From: Candidatus Sungiibacteriota bacterium
Lineage (GTDB): Bacteria > Patescibacteriota > Minisyncoccia > Sungbacterales > HO2-52-23
DNA: 64,000 bases
Direction of reading: 5' to 3'
NCBI GenBank assembly: GCA_016180435.1
Contig: JACPBG010000002.1
Span: 60,342 to 124,341 of the forward strand
Of the stretch, positions 43,265-51,829 are shown piece after piece (the first letter of the stretch is position 1; every line of letters starts with the position of its first letter). Under the pieces are notes generated by a model that saw only the letters and a program-made list of their open reading frames with translations, was not told the DNA's origin and ran no database searches. Both the position numbers and the translations under genes were made by a program.

Positions 43265-43276
43265 TTCATTAAATAT

Positions 43277-43510
43277 ATGGCTAATGTAAAAATCTATACC
43301 ACTCCATCCTGCGTTTACTGCAAAATGGCCAAGGAGTTTTTCAAAAATAATAATGTCGCGTATGAGGAAAAAAACGTGGCCCAAGATGCGGCGGCGCGGG
43401 ATGAGATGATTCAAAAATCCGGCCAGCTCGGGGTACCGGTCATAGACATTGACGGGAAAATTATCGTGGGATTTGATCAGCCGGAGTTAAAAGAAGCGCT
43501 TCATATATGA
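43277..43510 (+). CDS. glutaredoxin/NrdH-like small redoxin
   Basis: 77 aa with IYTTPSCVYCKMAKEFF (CxxC) and GVPVIDIDG. Confidence 0.7.
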   Translation: MANVKIYTTPSCVYCKMAKEFFKNNNVAYEEKNVAQDAAARDEMIQKSGQLGVPVIDIDGKIIVGFDQPELKEALHI

Positions 43511-44058
43511 GCGGCAAGATATTTTGGTTTATTATAGCGATTGTTATGGCCGCGGGGGTTGTTTATTATATTTTAAGCTGGCGCGGAGCGGTTGATATGC
43601 CTGTCCCTCCGACGGCTAAGCCAATGCCGGAATTAATCTTTAGCGATTATGAGGGGAAGATTGTTAATTTATCCGAATTTCGAGGCCCGCTTCGCTCTCG
43701 CGAAAGCGAGGCGAGCAAGCCGTTGATAATAAACGTCTGGGCTTCATGGTGTTCATATTGTAAAAAAGAATTATCGGATTTTGCCGTAATCCAGCAGGAA
43801 TTCGGTGAAAAAATCACGGTGATTGCGATTGATCGCAGAGAAACGCCCGAGGCCGTTAAAAAGTATTCCGATGATCTGGGCGTGACCGGAAAAATTATTT
43901 TACTGCTTGATCCGGATGATTCTTTATATAAAGCCATCAGTGGTTTTTCCATGCCCGAAACCTTATTTGTGGACCGTGAAGGATCTATTCGTTATCATAA
44001 GCGCGGCCCCATGGAGTTAGAAGAAATTAGAAGGAGGGCGCAGAAAATTTTATTATAA
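43507..44058 (+). CDS. membrane-anchored TlpA/ResA-like thioredoxin-fold protein
   Basis: TM helix, then NVWASWCSYCKKE (WCxxC). It overlaps the upstream gene by ATGA and contains a 30-nt in-frame repeat insert. Confidence 0.75.
   Translation: MSGKIFWFIIAIVMAAGVVYYILSWRGAVDMPVPPTAKPMPELIFSDYEGKIVNLSEFRGPLRSRESEASKPLIINVWASWCSYCKKELSDFAVIQQEFGEKITVIAIDRRETPEAVKKYSDDLGVTGKIILLLDPDDSLYKAISGFSMPETLFVDREGSIRYHKRGPMELEEIRRRAQKILL
43686..43720. repeat. R2b 30-nt mini-palindrome, in-frame in the TlpA-like gene
   Basis: ccgcttcgctctcgc-gaaa-gcgaggcgagc, translated PLRSRESEAS. The same arms occur at 63738-63767. Confidence 0.8.
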
Positions 44059-44076
44059 AAAGTAAGTATTAATGTT

Positions 44077-44835
44077 ATGGAAATAATTCGATGTCAAAAT
44101 AATATGGATGCGTTGCGGCGCGCTGGTAATGTGATCAATCTTTCTTTTGAATCCTGCGAGCCGAGTCCGGCGCTTTTTCTCGTATCCGGCGGGTCTGCTT
44201 TCCACTTGCTCAAAGGAATAAATATCGGGCATTTCGGCGCTCGTATAACCATAAGCGTTTTGGATGAGCGCTACAGTCCGGACATTTCTGCCAGTAATTT
44301 TTTGTCTCTGCAAAGTTCTTCATTTTATCTTCAAGCCCAGCAGGCCGGCGCCGTCTTTTTGCATCCCTGGGGCGGAAAGACCAATGATGTTATCGCTGAA
44401 GAATGGCGTCAGGGCAAGGTACTTGAGGGATTGCAGGAAAGCGTCCGTTCGTACGAATCAGAGCTTCGCGCTTGGAAAGAGGCGCATCCGGACGGGAAAA
44501 TTTTTGCAACGCAAGGCATTGGAAACGATGGACATACTGCTGGCATTCTGCCGTATCCGGAAAATCCGGCGTTATTTCATAAAATATTTGAGGACGGAGA
44601 AAAATGGGTGGCGGGGTATGATACCACGCCGCAAAAAAGTTTGACTCCTTTGCGTATCACTTTGCGCTTGCCTTTTTTGCGCAACGAAATTCACCAATCA
44701 ATCGTATATGTTGCAGGCGAGGACAAAAGAATTGCGCTTGAAAGAGTATTGCAAGATTCCGGATCGCTGGCTGAAACACCGGCGCGTATTTTGCGTGAGA
44801 TGAAAGATGCCCGCATATTCACCGATATTGCCTAA
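44077..44835 (+). CDS. 6-phosphogluconolactonase-like (NagB/Pgl sugar-phosphate isomerase fold)
   Basis: LVSGGSA, VLDERY, GIGNDGHTAGILP, RITLRLPFL and AGEDKRIALERVL. Confidence 0.6.
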   Translation: MEIIRCQNNMDALRRAGNVINLSFESCEPSPALFLVSGGSAFHLLKGINIGHFGARITISVLDERYSPDISASNFLSLQSSSFYLQAQQAGAVFLHPWGGKTNDVIAEEWRQGKVLEGLQESVRSYESELRAWKEAHPDGKIFATQGIGNDGHTAGILPYPENPALFHKIFEDGEKWVAGYDTTPQKSLTPLRITLRLPFLRNEIHQSIVYVAGEDKRIALERVLQDSGSLAETPARILREMKDARIFTDIA

Positions 44836-44838
44836 ATT

Positions 44839-46032
44839 ATGTCTAAAATATCCACTCCGGGGCTTATTATTTTAGGGATTGCGCTTATTGCTGGAAGCGC
44901 GTACTGGTTTTGGCTTGATGATATTAAGCCACGGCTTGCGGATAATGATAAAATTGTCTGTATTCAAGACGCTAAACTCTGCCCCGACGGTTCAAAAGTC
45001 GGCCGCACCGGCCCGAGTTGCGAGTTTGCGTCTTGCCCGCCGCCACCCGTAGACCCGTCAAAAATTAAGGTTGATGATCATCAAGATGATATTTCGTATC
45101 TGCCAAGTTCCATATCCGGCTGGAAAAAATATAAGAACGGCAAATATGGTTTTGAATTTGATCTGCCTGAAGAATGGAGTGTCAAAGATGCCACCGGTGG
45201 TTTGCTGTCAAAAGGTAGCACGGAAAAATTTTATACCGCTTCGCCCGTACCTTATGACCATATTTTCGCCGTTTTAATTAAAACGAAATCCGTAGAAGAA
45301 TTAATTCAGCCGTATAAAAATAATTTAAACGCCGATCTCAATCAAAAAATTTTAGGAATTGAAAATATCGAAAAATTCGGACACCATACCGTGAGATTAA
45401 GATTGCAAAATATAACTACGGGACAGAAATTTTCTGAATATTTCGTTCGGCCATTCGGGCATAATTGGACATTCATTATAATCGGCGAAGGTGACGTTAC
45501 GCATCCTTATCATGATGTCGGCAACGAAATTGTTAATACTTTTAAATTTGTTGAACCGATAGATACCTCAACCTGGAAAACCTATCGTAACGAAAAATAC
45601 GGGTTTGAGGTGAAGTATCCAAGAGAGTGGGGAGAGGTTAAATTTCAAGCATTTGATCGGCTTTCCGGAAGTTGTATTGCACAAGGGATTGTTATTCGCG
45701 GTTCATTTACAAATAAAAAATTAAATTATTTTTGTAGCGAGTCTTTAGATTACAAACCGTGCGGCGATAGAGGCGGCTCTGTTTGTGATATCAAGAACTT
45801 CACTATCGAGAACGGTCAAATAGCAGATAACTCAGGAGGTAAGTATGACATTCTAAAAAGCGTAAAAACCAGTTCCGCGGGCATTGAAGGATATATTTTT
45901 GTAGATCCATATGGAGATATAGTAGGAATCATTAAATTTACGCATGGCGAGCTAGGCACCATTTCTTTCGGTTCTTACGAAGATGTTTTAATTTTAGAAC
46001 AAATCCTTTCCACTTTTAAATTTTTGAAATAA
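44839..46032 (+). CDS. membrane-anchored hypothetical protein with an internal duplication
   Basis: N-terminal TM helix, then a Cys-containing linker. The module WKKYKNGKYGFEFDLPEEW recurs as WKTYRNEKYGFEVKYPREW. Confidence 0.5.
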   Translation: MSKISTPGLIILGIALIAGSAYWFWLDDIKPRLADNDKIVCIQDAKLCPDGSKVGRTGPSCEFASCPPPPVDPSKIKVDDHQDDISYLPSSISGWKKYKNGKYGFEFDLPEEWSVKDATGGLLSKGSTEKFYTASPVPYDHIFAVLIKTKSVEELIQPYKNNLNADLNQKILGIENIEKFGHHTVRLRLQNITTGQKFSEYFVRPFGHNWTFIIIGEGDVTHPYHDVGNEIVNTFKFVEPIDTSTWKTYRNEKYGFEVKYPREWGEVKFQAFDRLSGSCIAQGIVIRGSFTNKKLNYFCSESLDYKPCGDRGGSVCDIKNFTIENGQIADNSGGKYDILKSVKTSSAGIEGYIFVDPYGDIVGIIKFTHGELGTISFGSYEDVLILEQILSTFKFLK

Positions 46033-46041
46033 AGCGTCGGT

Positions 46042-46070
46042 TTGACGGAGAGCATTAAATTGTCTATTAT
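46042..46070 (+). promoter_or_regulatory. sigma-70-like promoter with leaderless geometry
   Basis: TTGACG, 17 nt, TATTAT, 6 nt, ATG (46077). Confidence 0.6.
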
Positions 46071-46076
46071 AAATAT

Positions 46077-46286
46077 ATGAATACGGTTACTATACCTAAA
46101 AAAGAATACTATACTCTTGTGAGTCGTCAGGAAAAGATGGAAGAAGAGCTGGACATTCTGAAGACAATGGTTCGCGCCGAAATAGATGAGGGATATATAC
46201 GTCCTACAATATTGCGCCGCTGGGAGCGAATCAGCCGTGACCTTGACCGTGGAAAAGGGCGCGTATTTAATTTTCATGATGTATGA
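46077..46286 (+). CDS. small hypothetical protein (69 aa), apparently leaderless
   Basis: The upstream geometry is TTGACG, 17 nt, TATTAT, 6 nt, then ATG. The 3' end overlaps the next gene by 11 nt. Confidence 0.45.
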   Translation: MNTVTIPKKEYYTLVSRQEKMEEELDILKTMVRAEIDEGYIRPTILRRWERISRDLDRGKGRVFNFHDV

Positions 46287-47247
46287 CTCCATTAAAAATT
46301 TTAATCAGCAGTTTCTGTTTGAGCCGAAAATTGAGAATAAGGCCTGTTTGGGAAAATATGGGTATTTTGTGATTGCCGGAATGGGCGGATCTGGTCTTGC
46401 GGCAGAACTTCTTTTAACTTATGATCCGGCATTGCCTGTTATCATCCATAAAGATTATGGCCTGCCGGAAATTGCAATTCGAGACAGAAAAAAAACCCTT
46501 GTTATCGTTGATTCTTATTCGGGCAATACCGAGGAGGCGCTGGATGCTTTTAGGACGGCTCGAGCGCGTGGTTTTCCACTTGCCGCAATCTCTATCGGCG
46601 GCAAGCTTTTGGATCTGGCGCGTAAATATAACGTGCCGTACGTGCAGATGCCGGATATCGGGATACAGCCGCGGATGGGCCTCGGATTTAATTTTGGGGC
46701 GCTTCTTAAAATAATACGAAAAGAGCAGGCACTGGCTGCAACCAATAAATTATATAATTTTATTAATGCGTCGTTTTATCGTACAAAGGGGATTGTCTTG
46801 GCAAAAAAATTACGAAAAAACGTTCCGATTATTTACGCTTCAATGCGTAACCGCGCAATAGGATATGCCTGGAAAATAAAACTTAATGAAACCGGGAAAA
46901 TTCCGGCATTTGCGAATGTTTTGCCGGAACTTAATCATAATGAAATGAATGGTTTTGACTCGGTTTCAAAAACGCGGGAACTCTCCAGTAATTTTCATTT
47001 TATTTTCTTAAAAGACACGAAGGATCATCCGCGGATTCAATTGCGTATGAAAGTGCTTGAGAAGCTTTATCGTAGCCGTAAGCTTCCGGTGGAAATAGTT
47101 CAGCTGGCCGGGCGCAACCGCGCCCATGCCGTTTTCTCATCATTGCTTCTGGCGGATTGGACCGCGCTTTTCTTGGCCGAATACTATGGCGTTGAACCGG
47201 AACAGGTGCCCATGGTGGAGGAATTCAAGATTTTAATCAGCGAATAA
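46276..47247 (+). CDS. bifunctional phosphoglucose/phosphomannose isomerase (SIS domain)
   Basis: GMGGSG, SYSGNTEE and PELNHNEMNG. The in-frame ATG at 46276 is preferred over the track start. Confidence 0.75.
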   Translation: MMYDSIKNFNQQFLFEPKIENKACLGKYGYFVIAGMGGSGLAAELLLTYDPALPVIIHKDYGLPEIAIRDRKKTLVIVDSYSGNTEEALDAFRTARARGFPLAAISIGGKLLDLARKYNVPYVQMPDIGIQPRMGLGFNFGALLKIIRKEQALAATNKLYNFINASFYRTKGIVLAKKLRKNVPIIYASMRNRAIGYAWKIKLNETGKIPAFANVLPELNHNEMNGFDSVSKTRELSSNFHFIFLKDTKDHPRIQLRMKVLEKLYRSRKLPVEIVQLAGRNRAHAVFSSLLLADWTALFLAEYYGVEPEQVPMVEEFKILISE

Positions 47248-47249
47248 CG

Positions 47250-47411
47250 AATTTTTAACTTGATAATTTCGATCAGCTTGCTGGTCGGTCATCATCGGTA
47301 GGTTCTCGACAGGCTCGAACAATATTTATAGTGAGCCGCGTCGAACTATTCTTCGAGCGAAGTCGAGAAGATACCTTTGATACCGACCTGCTTGCAGGTC
47401 GGAGGTTCATT
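47250..47411 (+). repeat. R5 long hairpin element, copy 1 (upstream of glgA)
   Basis: ttttaacttg.taatt.cga..agcttgctggtcggt...ggtaggttctcgac-aggctcgaacaatattt...ttcgagcgaagtcgagaagatacctttgataccgacctgcttgcaggtcggaggttcatt. Confidence 0.85.
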
Positions 47412-47425
47412 ACGGGAATAATTTT

Positions 47426-49030
47426 ATGAAATTTACCGATGATTTTATGGGATTTTTTGGGAAAAGACCTCGTTTAAAGGTTCTTTTTGTAACTTCCGAG
47501 GAAACGCCATTTGCCAAAGTCGGGGGTCTGGGCGAGATAATGTTTTCTTTGCCGAGAGCTTTAAATAAATTGGGGCATGATGCGCGGGTCATGATTCCGC
47601 GTTATGGCACGATTGAACGGCCTTTTCCCCCGTTTAGCATGGAATATGAAGGTCTGGATGTGCCTACGGCTCCGGAACAAAGCGGTACGCGCTTGATTTG
47701 TAATGTGCTTCGTTATGATCCGACGGATGATCCGCATGCTCCAGCCATCACTTATTTTTTGGAAAATAAAGAATATTACGAATTACGCTCCAATATTTAC
47801 GGATACAAAGACGATGCGGTGCGTTTTGCGCTTCTTGCGCGCGGTTGTCTGGAATTTTTAAATTCCGGAGGCGGCTGGCTGCCGGATGTTTTGGTGGCTA
47901 CCGACTGGATGACAGGTTTTTTGCCCAATTTTTTGGCGACGGATTACCGCGAATACAAAAAATTGCGGAAAATTGCCAGCGTATTTTCTATCCATAATTT
48001 GAATTCGCAGGGGCCGCAGGGCGATCATAGATTCGTTCCGGAATCCGATCTGGATAACGGCTATGGATCCATGCCGGATTTTTTTGATCCGCGCATGGAA
48101 AATATCAATGCGATGCGTCGCGGCATTCTGTATGCCGATGCCATCAATACGGTTTCGCAGAAATACGCGCAAGAGATTATGACCGAAGAATTCGGTGAGG
48201 GTCTGGATGGAATTTTGCGCGAACGGCGTGATCGCATTTTCGGAATTTTAAACGGGATTGATTACGAAACCAATAATCCGGCCTCCGATAATTATTTGGC
48301 CGCTAATTTTTCCGTAAAAAATCTGGAACGAAGAGGCGAAAATAAAATATATCTGCAGAAACATTTTGGTTTGCCGCAGGGTCAGCAGATTTTTTTATCC
48401 GGAATTGTCTCGCGGTTAACAAGGCAAAAAGGGTTCTCGTTATTTCCGCAGGTCATAGAATCTTTTCTCAAAGAAACTCGGTCGCAGATAATAATCATGG
48501 GTACGGGCGAGATTGAAATCATGACCTATTTTCAGGATCTTGAGAAAAAATTTCCGGATCAAGTAAGGGTGCGTTTGCAATTTGACGGAATATTGCCCCA
48601 TTTGATTTTTGCGGGAGCGGATGTGGTGTTGGTGCCTTCTAATTTTGAGCCCTCGGGTCTTACCCAGATGGAGGCCATGCGTTACGGAGCTATTCCGGTG
48701 GCGCGTCGCGTCGGGGGACTGGCCGATACAATTGAAGATTTTAATCCGGAAACCCTGGAAGGAACCGGTTTCCTTTTCGATGAATTTAATCCCATGGCAT
48801 TTTTGATCGCGCTTATACGTTCATTCGTAAATTGGAAGCATCATGCATCCTGGCGAAAGCTCCAATGTTCGGCCATGGAGAAAGATTTTTCCTGGGAAAG
48901 ATCGGCTAAGGAATACGAACGTCTTTTCTATCTTGCCGCGGATTTTCATGCCAGAAACGGCATAAAACCGCGTTATATTCCTTCGGATACTTCGCATCAC
49001 TTGACTCATGGCTTGAAGCCGGATTTATGA
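47426..49030 (+). CDS. glgA: glycogen/starch synthase (GT5)
   Basis: SEETPFAKVGGLGE (KxGGL), SRLTRQKG and PSNFEPSGLTQMEAMRYG. The exact start codon is uncertain. Confidence 0.85.
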   Translation: MKFTDDFMGFFGKRPRLKVLFVTSEETPFAKVGGLGEIMFSLPRALNKLGHDARVMIPRYGTIERPFPPFSMEYEGLDVPTAPEQSGTRLICNVLRYDPTDDPHAPAITYFLENKEYYELRSNIYGYKDDAVRFALLARGCLEFLNSGGGWLPDVLVATDWMTGFLPNFLATDYREYKKLRKIASVFSIHNLNSQGPQGDHRFVPESDLDNGYGSMPDFFDPRMENINAMRRGILYADAINTVSQKYAQEIMTEEFGEGLDGILRERRDRIFGILNGIDYETNNPASDNYLAANFSVKNLERRGENKIYLQKHFGLPQGQQIFLSGIVSRLTRQKGFSLFPQVIESFLKETRSQIIIMGTGEIEIMTYFQDLEKKFPDQVRVRLQFDGILPHLIFAGADVVLVPSNFEPSGLTQMEAMRYGAIPVARRVGGLADTIEDFNPETLEGTGFLFDEFNPMAFLIALIRSFVNWKHHASWRKLQCSAMEKDFSWERSAKEYERLFYLAADFHARNGIKPRYIPSDTSHHLTHGLKPDL

Positions 49031-49140
49031 TTCCTGATTGTACGTTAATAAAAATCACTCGAGCTTTCACGCGCGAGTGGATTTTGTTACCCAACATTAA
49101 TTTCGTATTTTTTACCCCGTCTCGATCGAGTCCGTTCTTT

Positions 49141-49398
49141 CTAAAACTTCTTTTTCTTATGAATAATTAGTTTCTGCTGGTGGGACAATTCTTGACGTAA
49201 AAGGGAATATTCCGATTCATCACTTAGCTGGCAAGTTGTATAAAATGCCCGCCATAGTTCGTCAATTGTAAACCCCACCAAAGGTGCTAGGCAAGAATAA
49301 ACAGTAGAGAATTTGCCTCGCTTTAATGCTTTTTCTGCTTTTCTCAGTGTTCTATTCGCTTGACTAGAAAATAGCCAGAAACGCACGGAATTCCACAT
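49141..49398 (-). CDS. small hypothetical protein
   Basis: 85-aa ORF. I recognise no motif and the RBS is weak. Confidence 0.3.
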   Translation of the reverse strand: MWNSVRFWLFSSQANRTLRKAEKALKRGKFSTVYSCLAPLVGFTIDELWRAFYTTCQLSDESEYSLLRQELSHQQKLIIHKKKKF

Positions 49399-49454
49399 AT
49401 GTACCTTGGGTGAAATATTGTACTACCTTTAATATACATAGCCATGTGTCATAG

Positions 49455-50735
49455 TCAAGTTTTTTTCTTCTCGAGGATGCGTTTCTTGATAAAACTCAAC
49501 AATGAATCCGGATTTTTTTGCTGAATCTCCGCAAGATCCCAATCAAATTTTCCGCGTACATGGCGTCTCGTATCGCGCGGTACTCCGATCGTGGTATCAT
49601 TTTTCATTCCAATCTCGTCTCCGTAGTAAATAATCTGGCACCCAGGCAGATTAAACAGAATATCGAATGCGGTTTTGATTTTTTCCGGATTTTTTTTGAA
49701 AATATCTGCGATCCGCATGGATATTCCGTTTTCTCCGCTTTTAAATACGAATTTCCGTTCCGGATCGCAATATGCCAAAAATTCCTTTTGTTCCGTTTCG
49801 GTCATGGAGCCGAAGGATAGCTGGTCGTGACTGCGCAAGAAAACCGCCCAGCGGCAGTTCATCGGAATATTTTCGGATGCATTTACGATATCTTTAATCA
49901 AAGAAGCGTCGTTTTTTAATGCGGCCAGAAAAATCCGTTCCGCCAGGGGAAAATTATACGCCAAGTGGCATTCGTCCCCGGTTCCGTCGCCGAAATATTT
50001 TTTAATTTCATATATGGAGTCATGCGCTTCTGCCAGAAGTATCGTGTGGGGAGCGATTTTTTCAAGATGCGCCCGGATTTGTTTCAAGACCGCATGCGTT
50101 TCGGGAAGTCCTTTAGCGGCGGCATTCTCCTTTTTGATAAGATATGGAGCGGCATCTAATCTGAATCCGCTAACGCCTAAATTGATCCAAAAGTCCATAA
50201 TTCCCGATATTTCCGAAAATACTTTTGGATTGTTCCAATTTAAGTCCGGTTCTTCTCCGTAAAATGTGGCAAAATAGTAATCATTTGTTGCCGGATTGTA
50301 TACCCAATTCCTGGATTTTAGATGCGGAAATGTGTTAATAGAATTTTTTAGTTCTTCTCCGGTGTCGGACCAAAGAAAAAAATCGCGTTTTGGGCCGATT
50401 TTTGAATCTCGCGCAGCTTTGAACCAGGGGTGTTCCTGCGATACATGGTTCAGCACCAAATCAAGAATTACGTGAATTCCGCGCTGTTTCGCTTCGCGTA
50501 TGAATAGTTCAAAATCCCGTAAGGTTCCGAGTCCCGGCCGGATATTCCGATAATCAGAAACATCATATCCGTCATCTACCATGGGAGACGGGTAATGGGG
50601 AAGAATATGGATAGCGGTTATGCCCAGGGTCTGAAGATAATCAAGGCGTTCAGCCAGGCCGCGGAAATTATCCGCGAATTTATCCACATATAGTTCATAG
50701 AAAATGGCCGATTGCCACCATTTTGTTGCCTTCAT
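49455..50735 (-). CDS. GH13 alpha-amylase-family glycoside hydrolase (catalytic domain only)
   Basis: DLVLNH, GFRLDAAPYL, LLAEAHD and FLRSHDQ, corresponding to conserved regions I-IV. Confidence 0.8.
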   Translation of the reverse strand: MKATKWWQSAIFYELYVDKFADNFRGLAERLDYLQTLGITAIHILPHYPSPMVDDGYDVSDYRNIRPGLGTLRDFELFIREAKQRGIHVILDLVLNHVSQEHPWFKAARDSKIGPKRDFFLWSDTGEELKNSINTFPHLKSRNWVYNPATNDYYFATFYGEEPDLNWNNPKVFSEISGIMDFWINLGVSGFRLDAAPYLIKKENAAAKGLPETHAVLKQIRAHLEKIAPHTILLAEAHDSIYEIKKYFGDGTGDECHLAYNFPLAERIFLAALKNDASLIKDIVNASENIPMNCRWAVFLRSHDQLSFGSMTETEQKEFLAYCDPERKFVFKSGENGISMRIADIFKKNPEKIKTAFDILFNLPGCQIIYYGDEIGMKNDTTIGVPRDTRRHVRGKFDWDLAEIQQKNPDSLLSFIKKRILEKKKT

Positions 50736-50783
50736 AATTCCATAGTATCACTATTTCAAAGTCCGCAAAATTAGGTGTATAAT

Positions 50784-50948
50784 AAAGACCTCCTGCATAA
50801 TAAGCTTTCGTGACGAAATTTCAGAATTTTGTGCGAAAACGGCGAAGCGCGAGGCGGCGTATATGGCATATATACGCCAACGAGCGATGAGCCGTTTGCA
50901 GCCAAAATTCTGAAATTGCAGTAGAAATGTTATTTTGCAGGAGGTCTT
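50784..50948. repeat. 165-nt imperfect palindrome between divergent GH13 and ROK-kinase genes; the right arm contains the ROK SD
   Basis: AAGACCTCCTGCA (50784-96) pairs with TGCAGGAGGTCTT (50936-48). Inner arms are aaatttcagaatttt/aaaattctgaaatt, aaacggc/gccgttt and ggcgtatat-ggc-atatacgcc. Confidence 0.85.
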
Positions 50949-51800
50949 ATGATTATGGCATATATTTTTTTTGATCTTGGAGGCACTAAAACCCGGATAG
51001 CTATATCTTCCGACGGAAAACGGCTTGGGAAAGTTAAAGTTATACCAACACCGCGCGATGCGAAGAGCGGTATTACGGTTTTAAAATCGGTCGCGGAAGA
51101 GCTTGCGGCCGGAAAGAGAATCAAAGCGATCTGCGGGGGAATCGCCGGCTCTTTTGACCGAAGAAAATCGGTAATCGTGGGCGGGGGACCGAATATCAAG
51201 GGGTGGATGGGCGCGCATTTGAAAGAAAAATTTGAGAAAGCATTTCATGCGCCGGTGTATCTGGAAAATGATGCGGCTTTGGCGGGTTTGGGAGAGGTAA
51301 AATTCGGAGCGGGTCAAGGAAAAGAAATCGTTGCATATATTACGGTAAGCACGGGTTATGGCGGGGCTAAGATTATAAACGGAATTATTGATCCGCATGC
51401 CCGAGGATACGAACCCTCATATGAAATTGTGAATGCCATGGCGTATCGTAAAAGTTGGGATGATACGCGCCTTCGTATTTATCTTTCCGGCAGCGGCATA
51501 AAAAAACGTTTTCATAAAGACCCCGCATTAATAAAAAGCCGGGCTATACAAGACGAGTTGGCGTGCTGGCTTGCGGTTGCTTTGAATAACGTAATTGTGT
51601 TCTGGTCGCCGGATGTTATTGTGGTCGGAGGGTCGGTGATGAATATTATTCCTATGGCGCGTGTACGGGCGCATTTGGATAAAATCTATCAGCGCATCTT
51701 GCCTCCGCCGCCTATAAAAAAAGCCGCTTTAGGCGACCTTGGAGGGCTTTATGGCGCGCTTATATATCTGCAGCAGCAACGTATGAAGAAAAATTTGTAA
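50949..51800 (+). CDS. ROK-family sugar kinase
   Basis: FDLGGTKTRIA, YLENDAALAGLGE and VVGGSV. Confidence 0.75.
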   Translation: MIMAYIFFDLGGTKTRIAISSDGKRLGKVKVIPTPRDAKSGITVLKSVAEELAAGKRIKAICGGIAGSFDRRKSVIVGGGPNIKGWMGAHLKEKFEKAFHAPVYLENDAALAGLGEVKFGAGQGKEIVAYITVSTGYGGAKIINGIIDPHARGYEPSYEIVNAMAYRKSWDDTRLRIYLSGSGIKKRFHKDPALIKSRAIQDELACWLAVALNNVIVFWSPDVIVVGGSVMNIIPMARVRAHLDKIYQRILPPPPIKKAALGDLGGLYGALIYLQQQRMKKNL

Positions 51801-51829
51801 AAAAAGATAACCCGTGATATTTTATATAT

